Shown here: one piece after another, positions 26,786 through 39,892 of the stretch | Numbering within the stretch: position 1 is the stretch's first letter | Layout: each line of letters opens with the position of its first letter | From: Octopus sinensis | Lineage: Eukaryota | DNA length: 64,000 nucleotides | Reading direction: 5' to 3' | NCBI RefSeq assembly: GCF_006345805.1 | Contig: NC_043015.1 | Coordinates: 48,608,001-48,672,000 of the forward strand | Notes under the pieces: model-generated | Told to the model about the DNA's origin: nothing | Seen by the model: only the letters and a program-made list of their open reading frames with translations | The model's database searches: none | Program-made: the position numbers and the translations under genes

Positions 26786-27524
26786 TGATCTTGATGCTGT
26801 TTCTAGAAAACAAATTCCTAAATTCTGTCTCTCCTTTGGTTATTTTCATTTTTTTTTTGTTTGTTTAGTAAACTAAGTCCAAAATATAACCATATACTTG
26901 ATATTCAAATTTTACTTAACTAATATTTTTAAGTAACAGTCTATATACATTGTCATTCAACCTGCTAGAATTAACAACCAAATTTTCAAATCACACCCTG
27001 TTGTCTCATAAAATGGAGGATACGTTGGTTTATACGTTCTGGATCTATAAAATGTTACTATTGGAAATGCTTTGATCATAGGTTGGCTCAATCAAGGCTA
27101 TCCTAGGGCTAAACAACTACCACTTACTCATTTTCACAATGTGCCATCTTGTTGTTTCTCCATTGTCCACATTTCAATCTGTTTTGTGAACCTTCTTTTT
27201 CTATGTACTACACTAAGCTTCATTTCCTTCATCAACAGGATTCTTCTGTCTTCCATTCTGTATATAATTCTTTATAGGCTCCATTCCAAATCGTTCCTTT
27301 CCAAAATACATACCTCAATTTGTTTCCTCTTAACTACGAATTGTTACAAATTTGAAGAGAACATTAACCCAATAGCATTTAAACTGGCCATATCTGACCT
27401 CTCACACTTAACCTACAGTGTCATTATAAAAATAAACAACATAATGCATGAATAATCAACATTTAGATGACAGGGCTGATCTATCAGCCAAAAAAGTCGA
27501 ATGACGAAGGAAGATTGTATTAGT

Positions 27525-27953
27525 TCTCTTTTACTCCTTTACTTGTTTCGGTCATTTGATGGTGGCCATGCTGGAGCACCACCTTTAGTCGAGCAAATCG
27601 ACTGCAGGACTTATTCTTTGTAAGCCGAGTACATATTCTATCGGTCTCTTTTGCCGAACCGCTAAGTTATGGGGATGTAAACACACCGGCATCGGTTGTC
27701 AAGCGATGTTGGGGGATCAAACGCAGACACACAAACATATACACACACATACATATACATATATATATACATATATATATATACATATATACGATGGGCT
27801 TTTTTCATTTTCCGTCTACCAAATCCACTCACAAGGCTTTGGTCAGCCCGAGGTGATAGTAGAAGACACTTGCCCAAGGTGCCACACAGTGGGACTGAAC
27901 CTGGAACCATGAGGTTTGTAAGCAAGCTACTTACCACACAGCCACTCCTACTA
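27525..27953 (-). mobile_element. SINE family A, near full length
   Basis: Reverse complement matches 58821-59285. Confidence 0.85.
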
Positions 27954-27974
27954 TGTTCTTTCAATTTCCTGACG

Positions 27975-28290
27975 ACTGCGCTGGTATGGTCATATGGCGA
28001 GAATGGATGAGGATAGCTGTGTGAAAAAGTGCCACACCCTAGAGGTTGAGGGAACCTGTGGAAGAGGTAGACCCAGGAAGACCTGGGATGAAGTGGTGAA
28101 GCATGACCTTTGAACTTTAGGCTTCTCCAAGGAAATGACTAGTGACCGAGACTTTTGGAAATATGCTGTGTTTGAGAAGACCCGGCAAGCCAAATGAGAC
28201 CATAACCTTGTGGCCTATGCCAGGGGCGTAACCAGCCCACTTATGCGTACCTTTTCCTTCTTTGGACACTAAACTCTGCTTGCGAACCTC
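27975..28290 (+). mobile_element. RTE-type LINE C-terminal fragment
   Basis: MDEDSCVKKCHTLEVEGTCGRGRPRKTWDEVVKHDL; similar pieces at ~6085-6290 and ~37075-37290. Confidence 0.75.
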
Positions 28291-28808
28291 TTTTCTGTTT
28301 ACAACAGAAACTTATTAAATATCTCTTTTCTGCTCTAATTGATTACAGGTAACTGTCGATATATCATCCAAAAGGTGTCCTTGGTCTTAACATTTACAAG
28401 GATCACATTTTCATACAAACAAATACATTTTCAAAAATTTACATTTTCCAAAAACATTTAATCAAAATACAAAATGGCTGACGGTTAGTAAGGAGAGACA
28501 CAAATAAGAAAGAAGAAAACGAAGGACCACTGATGCGGTCACAGGAGTGTGACGAAAGAACTCTGGCCGAAATAAGATTAAGATTAATGTAAAAAATAAA
28601 TAACACTGAAGCAAAATAACACCAGATATATAGTGCGTGTGTTTTTATTGGCTAAACTGGCAAAATGACCATTCCGAAATATAACAATAATTTTCATGAA
28701 GATTTTATTAATTATACAACAGTGGTAATTAATGAAACTGTTTTGCATTTTTTATAATGAATTTATACACTTTTTTTTCCTTCTTCTTTATATTTCAACT
28801 GCCACTAG

Positions 28809-29012
28809 GAAGCTGAAAGTGGTGCTGTGAACTCAGATCAAGATTCGGTATCTCCTATCATGGAACAAAATACATTATCTTCTTTAGAAAGTGATGGTGT
28901 TTTACTAAGGCAAAAGTCTTTGCAAGATTTTCCAAAAAGTAACAGCCTGCCCAGTGATTACAGTCAAATGTTAAGACCACGTTCAAATTCCGGCCGTTCC
29001 CTCACAGATCAG
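28809..29012 (+). CDS. WDR44: WDR44 exon d (EAESGAV...RPRSNSGRSLTDQ)
   Basis: cactAG acceptor, GTTTGT donor, 68 codons, conserved RPRSNSGR.LTD motif. Confidence 0.92.
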
Positions 29013-29669
29013 GTTTGTTTGTTTGCATTTTTATGTGATATTTTGTTATTTTTAAAGGTTGTTTTTTAAAGTTCTCTAGAGTATTTCTTTTACCCTAATC
29101 CACAATCTATATCCTTTCTTATGCTCACCTTCTTGCATCTTGAGAACTTGCTGTGGTACCCCATCACCATCACTCTTCTTATTTCTTTATTGCCCACAAG
29201 GGGGCTAAACATAAAGGGGACAAACAAGGACAGACAAAGGAATTAAGTCGATTAGATCAACCCCAGTGCGTAACTGGTACTTAATTTATCGACCCCGAAA
29301 GAATGAAAGGCAAAGTCGACCTTGGTGGAATTTGAACTACTCCACCTACTCCCACCCATATATATCTATGGGTGGCCATGTATCTCCTCTACAGCATGAT
29401 ACCTGTGCATATCCCTCTATCATACTTTAGCCTCTTAATATTTTGCATAAAGCTACCACCTTCTCCTCAGATACTCCCTTTCTATTTAGTTGAGTGAACT
29501 TTTTCATGTTCTTTTCCTGTCTTGCAACTTACTAGGTGACCTTGCTTGTGCTGCTATCACAATAAAAGCATTTAGTACACACTGTAAAATGGTTGGCATT
29601 AGGAAGGGCATCCAGTAGTAGAAACCATTCCGAAGCTAACACTGGAGATCAGCACAGCCCTATGACTCA

Positions 29670-29905
29670 CCTAATCCTGTTCTACCATACAGCCTAGATG
29701 GACTCTAGTGATGATGTTATTCCACACTTTCCAATCTACGGCACTGACCTTAGCATGTCTGAGACCAAGGCACTGCAACTTCAGGTCTTCCCCAATCTGT
29801 TTCACCCCATGTCTTTGAATTCTGCAGTGCATGGGTTGCTTCCACCAAAAAAGTTGGTATGATAATCTTCTGGCACTCATCCTGCAGACATGGCCAAACA
29901 ATTAG
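29670..29905 (-). mobile_element. Decayed RTE-type LINE C-terminal fragment
   Basis: FGHVCRMSARRLSYQLFW...WKVWNNI. Confidence 0.55.
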
Positions 29906-30641
29906 CAAAGCATACTACACTCGTGTAGGAGTTTTGTCACCTACGTCAGTTGGTGGCCCTGGACAGCTTTGGTGTCAAGGTGGAAGGAGCTAAAACACAT
30001 ACAGAGCTGCTTTGTTGGAAACAGAACTCAATGCCTCAGGTGCCTTAGACTAGGCTAGCTGCAAAGGGGAGAAAAGATGTTACCAGAAAAATTGTCAGAT
30101 GCCACTGACAAAGCAAGCCATTACAACTGGCTCAAAAGAGACGATGAGTAATGTAGCAAGGATGAACACTGAAGAGGATAGAAACATCTGGCCCAGAGTC
30201 ATGACATCTGACTCAACAAAACTCATGTTATTGTGTGAGAGTTTTGTCACCTACCTCAGTTGGTGGCCCCTGATCAGACTTCAGCTCCTGCTTTTGGAGA
30301 CAGAGACTACCCCAGCACCCTCAACACACAAATGTGTGTACATCGATAAAAAGTCTCACTAGAGATTTTCTGATTTGGTTTTACGTACTGCTATATGTCC
30401 ACCAACTTTTAGAATGAGTGAAAAACAGAGAAAAATTGAAGTGCAAAAAATTCAAATATGAACTATATATATAATAAAAATAATAATATATACATAATAT
30501 AAAAATAATAATATATACATATAAATGTAAATAGATAAAATTACTCCTTGGTCTGTTGTGATTATCATTTCATAATTTTTGTTGTTGTTGATTTTTTTTT
30601 TTGCGTTTGAAATAACTTTTGTTTACATTTCTCTGTTTCAG

Positions 30642-30778
30642 GAAATTTTGGAATCTGTCTACATAACTAATCTTGATACGGGACAAAAAGTCCCTCTAAG
30701 TGTGGCTGAAGATGAATTACCTCGGTGTATAAACCCACTTGATTTACACATAATTCAAAGAACACATGAATATTTAGG
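30642..30778 (+). CDS. WDR44: WDR44 exon e (EILESVYITNLDTGQKVPL...RTHEYLG)
   Basis: ttcAG acceptor, GTATAT donor, conserved NLDTG..PLS.AE..LP..INPL.LHI block; ends phase 2. Confidence 0.95.
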
Positions 30779-32151
30779 GTATATATATATATATATATAT
30801 GATATTATGCTTCAATATTAATTTAATCTTTTTTGTTTCCTCTCTTCATTTTTTGCTGTGATTAAAACAGAATATTTGTTGTGATATTTCTTTAAAATAT
30901 TGATTTGTACTGCCTGGCACAAGTATGGCTGTGTAGTTAAGAAGCTTGTTTTCCAACCACATGGTTTGGGGTTCAGTCCCATTGTATAGCACCTCGGTCA
31001 AGTGTCCTTTTACTATAGCACCAGACTGACCAAAGCTGTGTGAGTGGATTTGGTAGACAGAAACTGAAAGAAGAAACCCATTGGGTCTCATGGAGGCAAT
31101 GACCAAGACCTTTGGCATTATGTCATGCTTGAGGAAAAGACCCATCAAGCCAAGCAAAATCGCAGTTGTGGCAGATACTGGTGTCACACAAATTGGCACC
31201 CATGCTGGTGGAACGTAAACGCACCCTGGTGTCATACAAATAGCACCTGTGCTGGTAGCATGTAAATGCACGCCGGTCTCATGCAAATGGCACCAATATG
31301 CACCCCAGTGTCACACAAATAGCACCCGTGCTGGTGGTAGATAAAAGCACCTATTACACTCTCGGAGTGGTTGGCATTAAGAAGGGCATCTGGCTGCAGA
31401 AAACCATACCAAATCAGACTGGAGTCTGCTTCAGCCTTCCAGCATGCCAGCTCAGTCAGGACTGTCCGACCCATGCCAGCATGGACAACGGATGTTGAAT
31501 GATGATGATGTACATGTGAGTGTATATATGTTTGTGTCTCCTTGTCTTGACGTCATGTGGTAGTTATAAATGAGTATCACTGTCAGAGAAACAGTGTCAT
31601 TCATTTCCAATATTCTGCAAAATGTTTGAATATGGGAAAATGTTGCCTTGTTTGGAAACAGGTAAGGCACCAGCTACAGATCTAGTCTGCAACCCTCAGC
31701 AAGTTGTTCCATAAAAACTGAGTTGTTCCCTGGTATATGTCTCTGACTGCTCCTCCCTCTTGTCACATGTGCCAACTAGTATCTCTCTGAACTGACAACT
31801 TGTTGGCTCCTCAAGCTTCCCTCTCTTCCTTCTTGAAGTAGTCTCGTCTCTCTCTCTCTCTCACCCTCCCTTGGTCTAGTCACTAGTCATTAGTCTCTTA
31901 GGTGGTGCATTGTTCACCAAGGAAAAACTCAACATTCACAATTATGTGTCTATCCAGTTTATGAAGTTGATTTGGTTTTTCTGATTAATAGGTCTGTGTG
32001 CTAAGTAGCTTGTTTACCAACCACATAGTCCCGGGTTCAGTCCCACTACGTGGCACCTTGGGCAAGTGTCTTCTACTATAGCCTCGGGCCGACCAAAGCC
32101 TTGTGAGTGGATTTGGTAGACGGAAACTGAAAGAAGCCCGTCGTATATATG

Positions 32152-32187
<36 letters not shown>

Positions 32188-32989
32188 CATGTTTGTGTGT
32201 CTGTGTTTGTACCCCTAGCATTGCTTGACAACCGATGCTGGTGTGTTTATGTCCCCGTCACTTAGCGGTTCAGCAAAATAAGTACTGGGCTTACAAAGAA
32301 TAAGTCCCGGGGTCGAGTTGCTCGATTAAAGGTGGTGCTCCAGCATGGCCACAGTCAAATGACTGAAACAAGTAAAAGAGTATGTGGCTGGCCAGTTTAT
32401 ATCTAGGAACCAGATGAAATATATGTATTGGGATAAGACTCATAAGGCCTAGGACTCATAAGATTCAAGTCCTAAGACTCACAAGGCTAGTTACGCAATT
32501 TCCATGGCATGTATGTAACCATGATCATAATATTCTCCCTGAACAGGATGCCAGTTTGTTGCAGGGCTCAGTGCCAGCGATTTTCAACAGGAGGAGGAAA
32601 TTTTATTACACCAACCCCAGTACTTAACTGGTACTTTACTTTATCAACCCTCGAAAGGATGAAAGGGGAAATTAACTCTGGCAAGATTTGAACTCAAAAT
32701 ATAGAGAGCCAGAAGAAAGCCTGCCTAAGCATTTTGTCCAACATGCCAGTTTGCCACCCTTTTAATCTACAAAGGAAATATATGTGTTGGGAGAAGGTAT
32801 AAGGCATTATCAAACTAATCAATGAGGCTTCAGGTAAGTCATTCCTGAAATGTATGACCAGTTTCTCAATGCTGACTTTCAAACAGCTTATTAGGGATTT
32901 CTTCCAAGAGGCAATACATTTCCTACAATTGCACTGTTGTTTAGTTTAACACTTTAGCATTTAAACTGGTCATATCCAACCCAAATATT

Positions 32990-33221
32990 TATTTCTTTAT
33001 TGCCCACAGGGGGATAAACATAGAGGGGACAAACAAGGACAGACAAAGGGATTAAGTCGATTACATCGACCCCAGTGCATAACTGGTACTTCTTTAATCG
33101 ACCCCGAAAGGATGAAAGGCAAAGTCAACCTCGGCGGAATTTGAACTCAGAACATATTGGCAGACGAAATACTGTTAAGCATTTCTCCCAACATGCTAAC
33201 AATTCTGCCATCTCGCCAGCC
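32990..33221 (-). mobile_element. SINE family B inserted in a TTAA MITE, 17-bp TSD
   Basis: TATCCAACCCAAATATT (32973-32989) and TATCCAACCTAAATATT (33222-33238). Confidence 0.85.
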
Positions 33222-33518
33222 TATCCAACCTAAATATTCTAACTGTTTTATGTTCAGATTGGCCATATTGAGCCTCGCATACCTACCCAACAATGTGATT
33301 CTAAAAATAAACCGTCACATCATTGAAATCTCAAAGCTATGAAATAATGCTTGATTTATTCAAAACAATATGAATAAATAAATATTATATTTTATAGAGT
33401 AATCTATACAATATCATTTTTATTCAAATTAGATAATCTAGTTCCTGTTACGTCTCTTAGTTTATTTCAGACAAAGGTTTCTTAATAAATCTGAAATAGA
33501 TTTTTTCTTCACTTTTAG

Positions 33519-33617
33519 TGAAGGTGAGGATCGTAAAACTGAAGGTTCAGAAGAAGACGAATGCAAATCAGAAAATAGCCGAAGCTTATCTGACCAACAT
33601 GGGACCAAGAGCAAGGC
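33519..33617 (+). CDS. WDR44: WDR44 exon f (EGEDRKTEGSEEDECK...KSKA)
   Basis: ttttAG acceptor, GTGAGT donor, 99 nt phase 2/2, acidic linker. Confidence 0.85.
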
Positions 33618-34054
33618 GTGAGTATACTGTATTTAACTGGTATATCACTGTATGGACCAGACTATGAGATGTTGTTATACACCACTGGTCACAATACACT
33701 TCCTCACATTGGTGTAGTTTTCAAATGGTGCAAATAAACTGTGTAGGTAGGCAGACCAGCATTCCCCTTGAACGGAATGCCAATTTGTCTTAATTCTGCC
33801 CATTGAGTGGACTGGGGCAACAAGAAAGTGTTTTACTCAAGAACACAATGCACCACTTGGATTTGAAATCAGAACCATGACCATGCAATTCTAAGTGCAA
33901 CACTTCAACCACCAGGCCATGCATCTTCACACTATGGTTAATGATATTGTATAAATAAGTATAAGGCGGTGAGATGGTAGAATCATTAGCATGCCAGGTA
34001 AAATGCTAAGCAGTATTTCATCTGTCTTTATGTTCTGAGTATAAATTCTGCCAT

Positions 34055-34854
34055 GAAGGGAAACCATTAGGCTGGTGGATTTCCAAGATATAAACCCCCC
34101 ACCAAATCATCACAGATCCTCCTCCATGTTTAACAGTTGGAAGAAAGTAGTCTGGGTCAAATGCTTCTTTTGGCTGTCTCCATACAACATATACTTGGCC
34201 AGTGATCGGAGATAAGGTAAAGGATAACTAATCCAAGAAAATAACATTCTTTCACTGCTCTAGGGACCAATTTCGTAGGTTTTTATTCCACTCTAAATGC
34301 TTTGCAACGTTTGTTTTTGAAGGTAGTGGTTTTCTGATTGCAGCCCTCTCATGCAATCTGGCTTTGTGCAGCTCCCGGCAAACAGTTTTTATGGAAACTA
34401 AATTCTCAAGGTGGTCATTAATCTCTGCAGTAATTTGGGGAGATGTACTTTTGTGGTCCTTTCTAACAATTTGCGTAACAATTTCCCTATCTGAAAGTTT
34501 TGGTTTTCTTCCGGAGTTTTGTTTCGACAAGATTTTTCCCTCTTTTTCAAAGGCTGTAATTACTTTCGAGACAGTACTTCTTGATACAACAAACACTTCA
34601 GCTGTTTCCGTTATGCTAGTGCTTGCTATACAAGCACCAACAATTTGACCTCTTTGAATGTCCAATAGATCTGTTATTTTAATGAATTTTAATTACTTTT
34701 TTCTGATAATATCTGAAAAGAAACAGCAATTTTAGCAAAACATATTAAGCAACAATAATAATAAATCAAAAATCACAAAATAAACAAGCTTTTGATGGTT
34801 TTATGGATATTTCAAAATTATGTTGCTAGGTGTTTCCATTAGTTTGTTCAATCC

Positions 34855-34857
<3 letters not shown>
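34055..34857 (-). mobile_element. Tc1-like transposon relic (5' TIR, HTH, start of DDE domain)
   Basis: RGQIVG...SRSTVSKVI...SGRKPKLS...TVCRELHK...RKPL...WSLEQW..VIF.D and PTVKHGGGSVMIW; CAGGGATTGAAC terminus next to TA. Confidence 0.9.
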
Positions 34858-34900
<43 letters not shown>

Positions 34901-35791
34901 AATTAGGGAAGATCAATTGCAGTGCCACAGGAATAAAAGATTCAAATTAAAACTATTAAATTGAATTACTTTCAATAATTAATTCATCATCATCATCATC
35001 ATTTAACGTCCGCTTTCCATGCTAGCATGGGTTGGACGATTTGACTGAGGTCTGGCGAACCAGACTCCAATCTGATCTGGCAGAGTTTCTACAGCTGGAT
35101 GCCCTTCCTAATGCCAACCACTCCGAGAGTGTAGTGGGTGCTTTTACGTGTCACCGGCACGAAGGCCAGTTTGGTGGTACTGGCAACTTACATGCCCAAA
35201 TGGTGCTTTTTACGTGCCACCTGCACAGGAGCCAGTTTGGTGGTACTGGCAACGTCCACGCCCAAATGGTGCTTTTTACGTGCCATCTGCACAGAAGCCA
35301 GTCCAAATTCATATATATCAATAATTATTCATATGTTATATATATATATTACTTTATATAATTAAGGACTCAGTAAAATAATTTACTTTGCCACATACTG
35401 AAATTTTTAGAAATAGCAGCCAAAAAAATTTTCTTTAGCCATTTCTACTACTTTAAGAAGAACTTCCCTGAAAGTGCTTACTCAAAAATAATTCACGTAG
35501 ATATGGAGGGAAAACAACAAAATATCACATGTACAAAGATTATATATATATATATTATTGACACATTGTTATACACCTGAATGTTGTATAACTAAATGCC
35601 AGTGGTACTTGTTGTTGTGGTGAGGTTAATAGTGGCAGTGATGGTGATGATAGTTGTAGCTGTGCTGGCAGTGATGGTGGTGTTGGTGGTCTGGTGCTGT
35701 ATGAAAAAAAGAAATTTGAAATTGAAAGATTTCCAGAATACTATGTCACTTAATATAAGTGTTTCTTTATAATTTTGGAATTCCTTTGTAG

Positions 35792-35874
35792 CACAAAAAT
35801 TAAGAAGTTTATTGGAAAGACTGTGGGAAAAACCATGAATCGTGTGAAGTCAGTTGCAGATCAAAGTAAAAAAG
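35792..35874 (+). CDS. WDR44: WDR44 exon g (TKIKKFIGKTVGKTMNRVKSVADQSKK)
   Basis: ttgtAG acceptor, GTACGG donor, KKF.GK.V and N.VKSV motifs; phase 2/1. Confidence 0.9.
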
Positions 35875-36682
35875 GTACGGAATTCTCTTTCATTGTTTTA
35901 TTTTTATTTAGTTCTAGATTTCCCAGATTCAAAAGCTACTTTCATCATCATCATTTAACGTCCGCTTTCCATGCTAGCATGGGTTGGACGATTTGACTGA
36001 GGTCTGGCGAACCAAACTCCAATCTGATCTGGCAGAGTTTCTACAGCTGGATGCCCTTCCTAATGCCAACCACTCCAAGAGTGTAGTGGGTGCTTTTACG
36101 TGCCACCGGCACGAGGGCCAGTTTGGTGGTACTGGCAATGGCCACGCCCAAATGGTGCTTTTTACGTGCCACCTGCACAAGAGCCAGTCCAGTGGTACTG
36201 GCGAAGACCTCTCTTGAATGTTTCACATGCCACCAGCACAAGTGCTAGTAAGGCGACGCGGTAACAATCACGCTCGAATGGTGTGCTTAAACGTGCCATC
36301 GGAACGAAGGCCAGCTTGTTGCTCTGGCAACGATCTCACTCGTATGGTACTCTTAGTGCTCAACTAGCAAAGGATGCCAGTCACCGAGTTTGATTTCGAC
36401 TTCGATTTCACTTGCCTCAACTGGTGTTTAGTTTTAATATTTGTGGAAGATGGTGCATCAGTGTCATCGTCATTTAGGTCCATTTACGATGCTGGCTTAA
36501 GTTAAATAGGTTTAACAGGATCTGGCAGGCCACAGAGCTGAAGAATGCTAAGATCTTGGAAAAGGATTGAGAAGAAACTGCAGCTTGTTGGGCAAGGTAG
36601 AAGAAAGAAGGCAGCGAGCTGGTCCATCACAAGATTACTTATTTTTGCCAGCCGAGTGGACTGGAGCAACATGAAATGAAGT

Positions 36683-36819
36683 TCTATATTTAAGTGATGA
36701 GGAATTATGTACGTTGTTTACATTTGACTGATGAAGGCTGGAGGGTATATCAGCCAAAACATTGTGTTAGCAACAAACAAGATGAGGACAAATATCCGTC
36801 AAATGTAAATAATGTAAAT
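36683..36819 (+). mobile_element. 137-bp insertion with 8-bp TSD, inverted ends and hammerhead-like motif
   Basis: TSD AATGAAGT at 36675-36682 and 36820-36827; CTGATGA-A-GGCTG...CAGCC-AAAA at 36728-36759. Confidence 0.7.
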
Positions 36820-38342
36820 AATGAAGTGTTTTGCTCAAGGACACAACACATTGTCTGGTCCAAGAATCAAAACCACAGTCTTACGATTGTGAGTCCAACG
36901 ACCTTACCACTAAGCCACTCACCTCCACAAGAAAGTGCATGGTGACCATCAAGTAGTTCCTATTGTTAGGGAGCAATCCTGTATGTAACATCTGCACCAA
37001 AGAGTGTAGGTTGCTTGAAGACCTCAAAAGTTAGGCCCATGCTGCTTGCACAGGAGGCCAATTCTGAAATAGTTCAAGCGATGGATGAGGACAGCTATGT
37101 AAAGAAGTGCTGATCTCTAACTGTGGGGAGAACCTCTGGTAGCAGTAGACCCAGGAAGACATGGGATGAGATGGTGAAGCATGAACCTCGAACTTTGAAC
37201 CTCACAGGGGCAATGACTAGTGACCAAGACCTTTGGTGATGTGTTCTGCTTAAGAGGACCCACCAAGCCAAGTGCACCCACCCATGCTGGTGGCACATAA
37301 AAAATCACAGAAGCAAAGTAGCTGAGTTCCTTTCAAGCATTGGGCCTCATGCAGGCAATGACCAAGGCCTTTGGCATGTTGTGCTTGAGAAGAACCCATC
37401 AAGCTGAGCAAAATCAGTTGTGGCAGATACCGGCGTCACACAAATGGTACCCATACCAGTGGCATGTTAAATCACCCATTACGATCTCGGAGTGGTTGGT
37501 GTTAGGAAGGGCACCCAGCTGCAGAAAACCATGCCAAATCAGACTGGAACCTGGTGCAGCCTTCCAGTGTGCCAACCTAGTCAAACCATCCAACCCATGC
37601 CAGCATGGACAGCATACGTTAAATGATGATGATGATAATGGCTATACTCAAGAATGGGAAATCAGTCATCATGTGTGTGTGTGTGTGTGTGTGTGTGTAT
37701 CTGTGTGATCAGGTGTACATTTATGTAAGTGAAGGCACGTGGGTTAGTGGTTAGGGTGCTCGGCTTGCAATCGTAAGGTCATAAGTTCGATTCCCAGTGC
37801 CACATTTTGTCCTTGAGCAAGATACTTTATTTCATGTTGGCCCAGTCCACTCAGCTGGCAAAAATAAGTAGTACCTCTTATTCTAAGGGCTGGCCTTGTC
37901 ACATTCTCTGTCATACCGAATCTCCCTGAGAACTATGTTAAGAGCATGTGTGTCTGTGGTGCACTCAGCCATTTGCACATTAATTTCACAAGCAAGCTGT
38001 TCCATGGGTTGAATCAACTGGAATCTTCATATTCATAACTGACAGAGTGCCAGCATTTATGTATGTAGATTTGTATATATGTACGTATATATGTTTCTCT
38101 GATGTATATTGGCAGACAATTGAAAAGCTGGTGACACTTCCTAATCATAGCATCAGTGAAGTTATGGTTAGTTTGTTGATCTGTGACCAGCAATGCCAAA
38201 TAATCCAAATTTCAAAATAAAATCCCCAAACTTAATATCATAGATTAGAAATATTTATTTCAGTTATGAGTTGAGGCCTCTATTACATTCTTCTATATGA
38301 TGAGATGTTAACATTTTTAATATGGATATATTTATTTTTCAG

Positions 38343-38404
38343 TTCTTCAAGGGGACGAAGCTGGCATTGAAGAGGAATATTCCATTGATGGCAAGATATA
38401 TAAG
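38343..38404 (+). CDS. WDR44: WDR44 exon h (VLQGDEAGIEEEYSIDGKIYK)
   Basis: tttcAG acceptor, weaker GTTGTT donor; a phase 1/0 exon is required to bridge exons g and i. Confidence 0.8.
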
Positions 38405-38491
38405 GTTGTTTTGCATTTTATTTCTTTTAGATTTAAGTCAGATTTAATTCTGCATGTGTGTACATAAGCATTTGGTATATAATATTCTTAA

Positions 38492-38722
38492 GGCAGTGAG
38501 TTGGCAGAATCGTTAGCATGCTGGGCGAAATGCGTAGCCATATTTCGTCTGCCGCTACGTTCTGAGTTCAAATTCTACCGAGGTCGACTTTGCCTTTCAT
38601 CCTTTCGGGGTCGATTAAATAAGTACCAGTTATGCACTGGGGTCGATATAATCGACTTAATCCGTTTGTCTGTCCTTGTTTGTCCCTTCTGTGCTTAGCC
38701 CCTTGTGGGTAGTAAAGAAATA
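38492..38722 (+). mobile_element. SINE family B, full length, 18-bp TSD
   Basis: TSD GGTATATAATATTCTTAA at 38474-38491 and 38723-38740; A/B-box-like head and GCCTTTCATCCTTTCGGGGTCGAT core. Confidence 0.9.
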
Positions 38723-38736
38723 GGTATATAATATTC

Positions 38737-38956
38737 TTAACCTGTTTGTTACCATATTTCTGTTACCATATGCTGACTTTGTTTCAATTAATTTTTAAAT
38801 AATGAAGAATTTAGTAAAATAACTTTGTAGTTATTATGCTGGAGTCTGGAATAATTTAGCATCAAATTTTGATGGCAGATTATAATTTAGACCACTTGAA
38901 GTTTTATGTCATAGAACTTGGGGCAGCCTCAGGCAGGTTGCTATCAAAAGGGTTAA
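38737..38956. mobile_element. TTAA MITE (same family as 19834-20581 and 59385-59963), uninterrupted
   Basis: TTAACCTGTT ... ATCAAAAGGGTTAA. Confidence 0.75.
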
Positions 38957-39892
38957 AGAATGATATTATTGACAGTGACTTCAAAGTTTCGGTCAGTTTA
39001 GCCATCATCACAGCCCAACAATGGCTTAAGTGGCCAACACTTTGAAATCACTAATATTCTTCATCATCATCATCATTTAACGTCCGTTTTCCGCGCTAGC
39101 ACGGGTTGGACGGTTCAACTGGGGTCTGGGAAGCCAGGAGGCTGCACCAGGCTCCAGTCTGATCTGGCTGTGTTTCTACAGCTGGATGCCCTTCCTAACG
39201 CCACCACTCCGCGAGTGTAGTGGGTGCTTTTTACGTGCCAGGGGAGTCTGGCATCAGCCACAATCGGTTGGTGCTTTTAACGTGCCACCAGCACAGAAGC
39301 CAGTCGAGGCGGCGCTGGCATCGGCCACGTTCGGATGGTGCTTTTTATGTGCCACCGGCACAAGTATCATAACTACAAATCTTGTTTAAGAATAATAAAT
39401 TTGTACTCTATAGAAGTATAGAGTAACCCATCAGATTAAAGTAAAATTGTTCTTTTTATAACTGAATGTAAAAACGAACACACACACATCATCATAGTTG
39501 TTTAATGTCCACCTTCCATGCTGGCATGGGTTGGACGGTTTGACAGGAGCCGGCCAGGTAGAAGACTACACCAGGTTACTGTGTCTGTTTTGGCATGGTT
39601 TTTACGGCTGAATGCCCTTCCTAACACCAACCATCCCACAGATTGGACATGGGTTAACTATCTGTCATCTGAGATGTACTTGATTTTTTCTTTCTCCTTT
39701 TTATCCTATGAAAGGCATGGAATATTTGCTTAACGCCTCAGTAGTTAATACTTCTCTCTCTCCATTCTCACCTCCAATTCATCTTCATACTGAAATTGTT
39801 GCTTTGTCACTTCTGGAATTGTGTGTTCTTTAACAGTGAAATAATCTGTTAGTTTTTTTCTTCAGAAGACAGCTCTCTCTGTCATCATCATC

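Noticed and set aside
34985-36420. Near-identical direct repeats flanking exon g as a functional module
   Set aside because: They are ordinary copies of an abundant subfamily also seen at 13615 and 22020.
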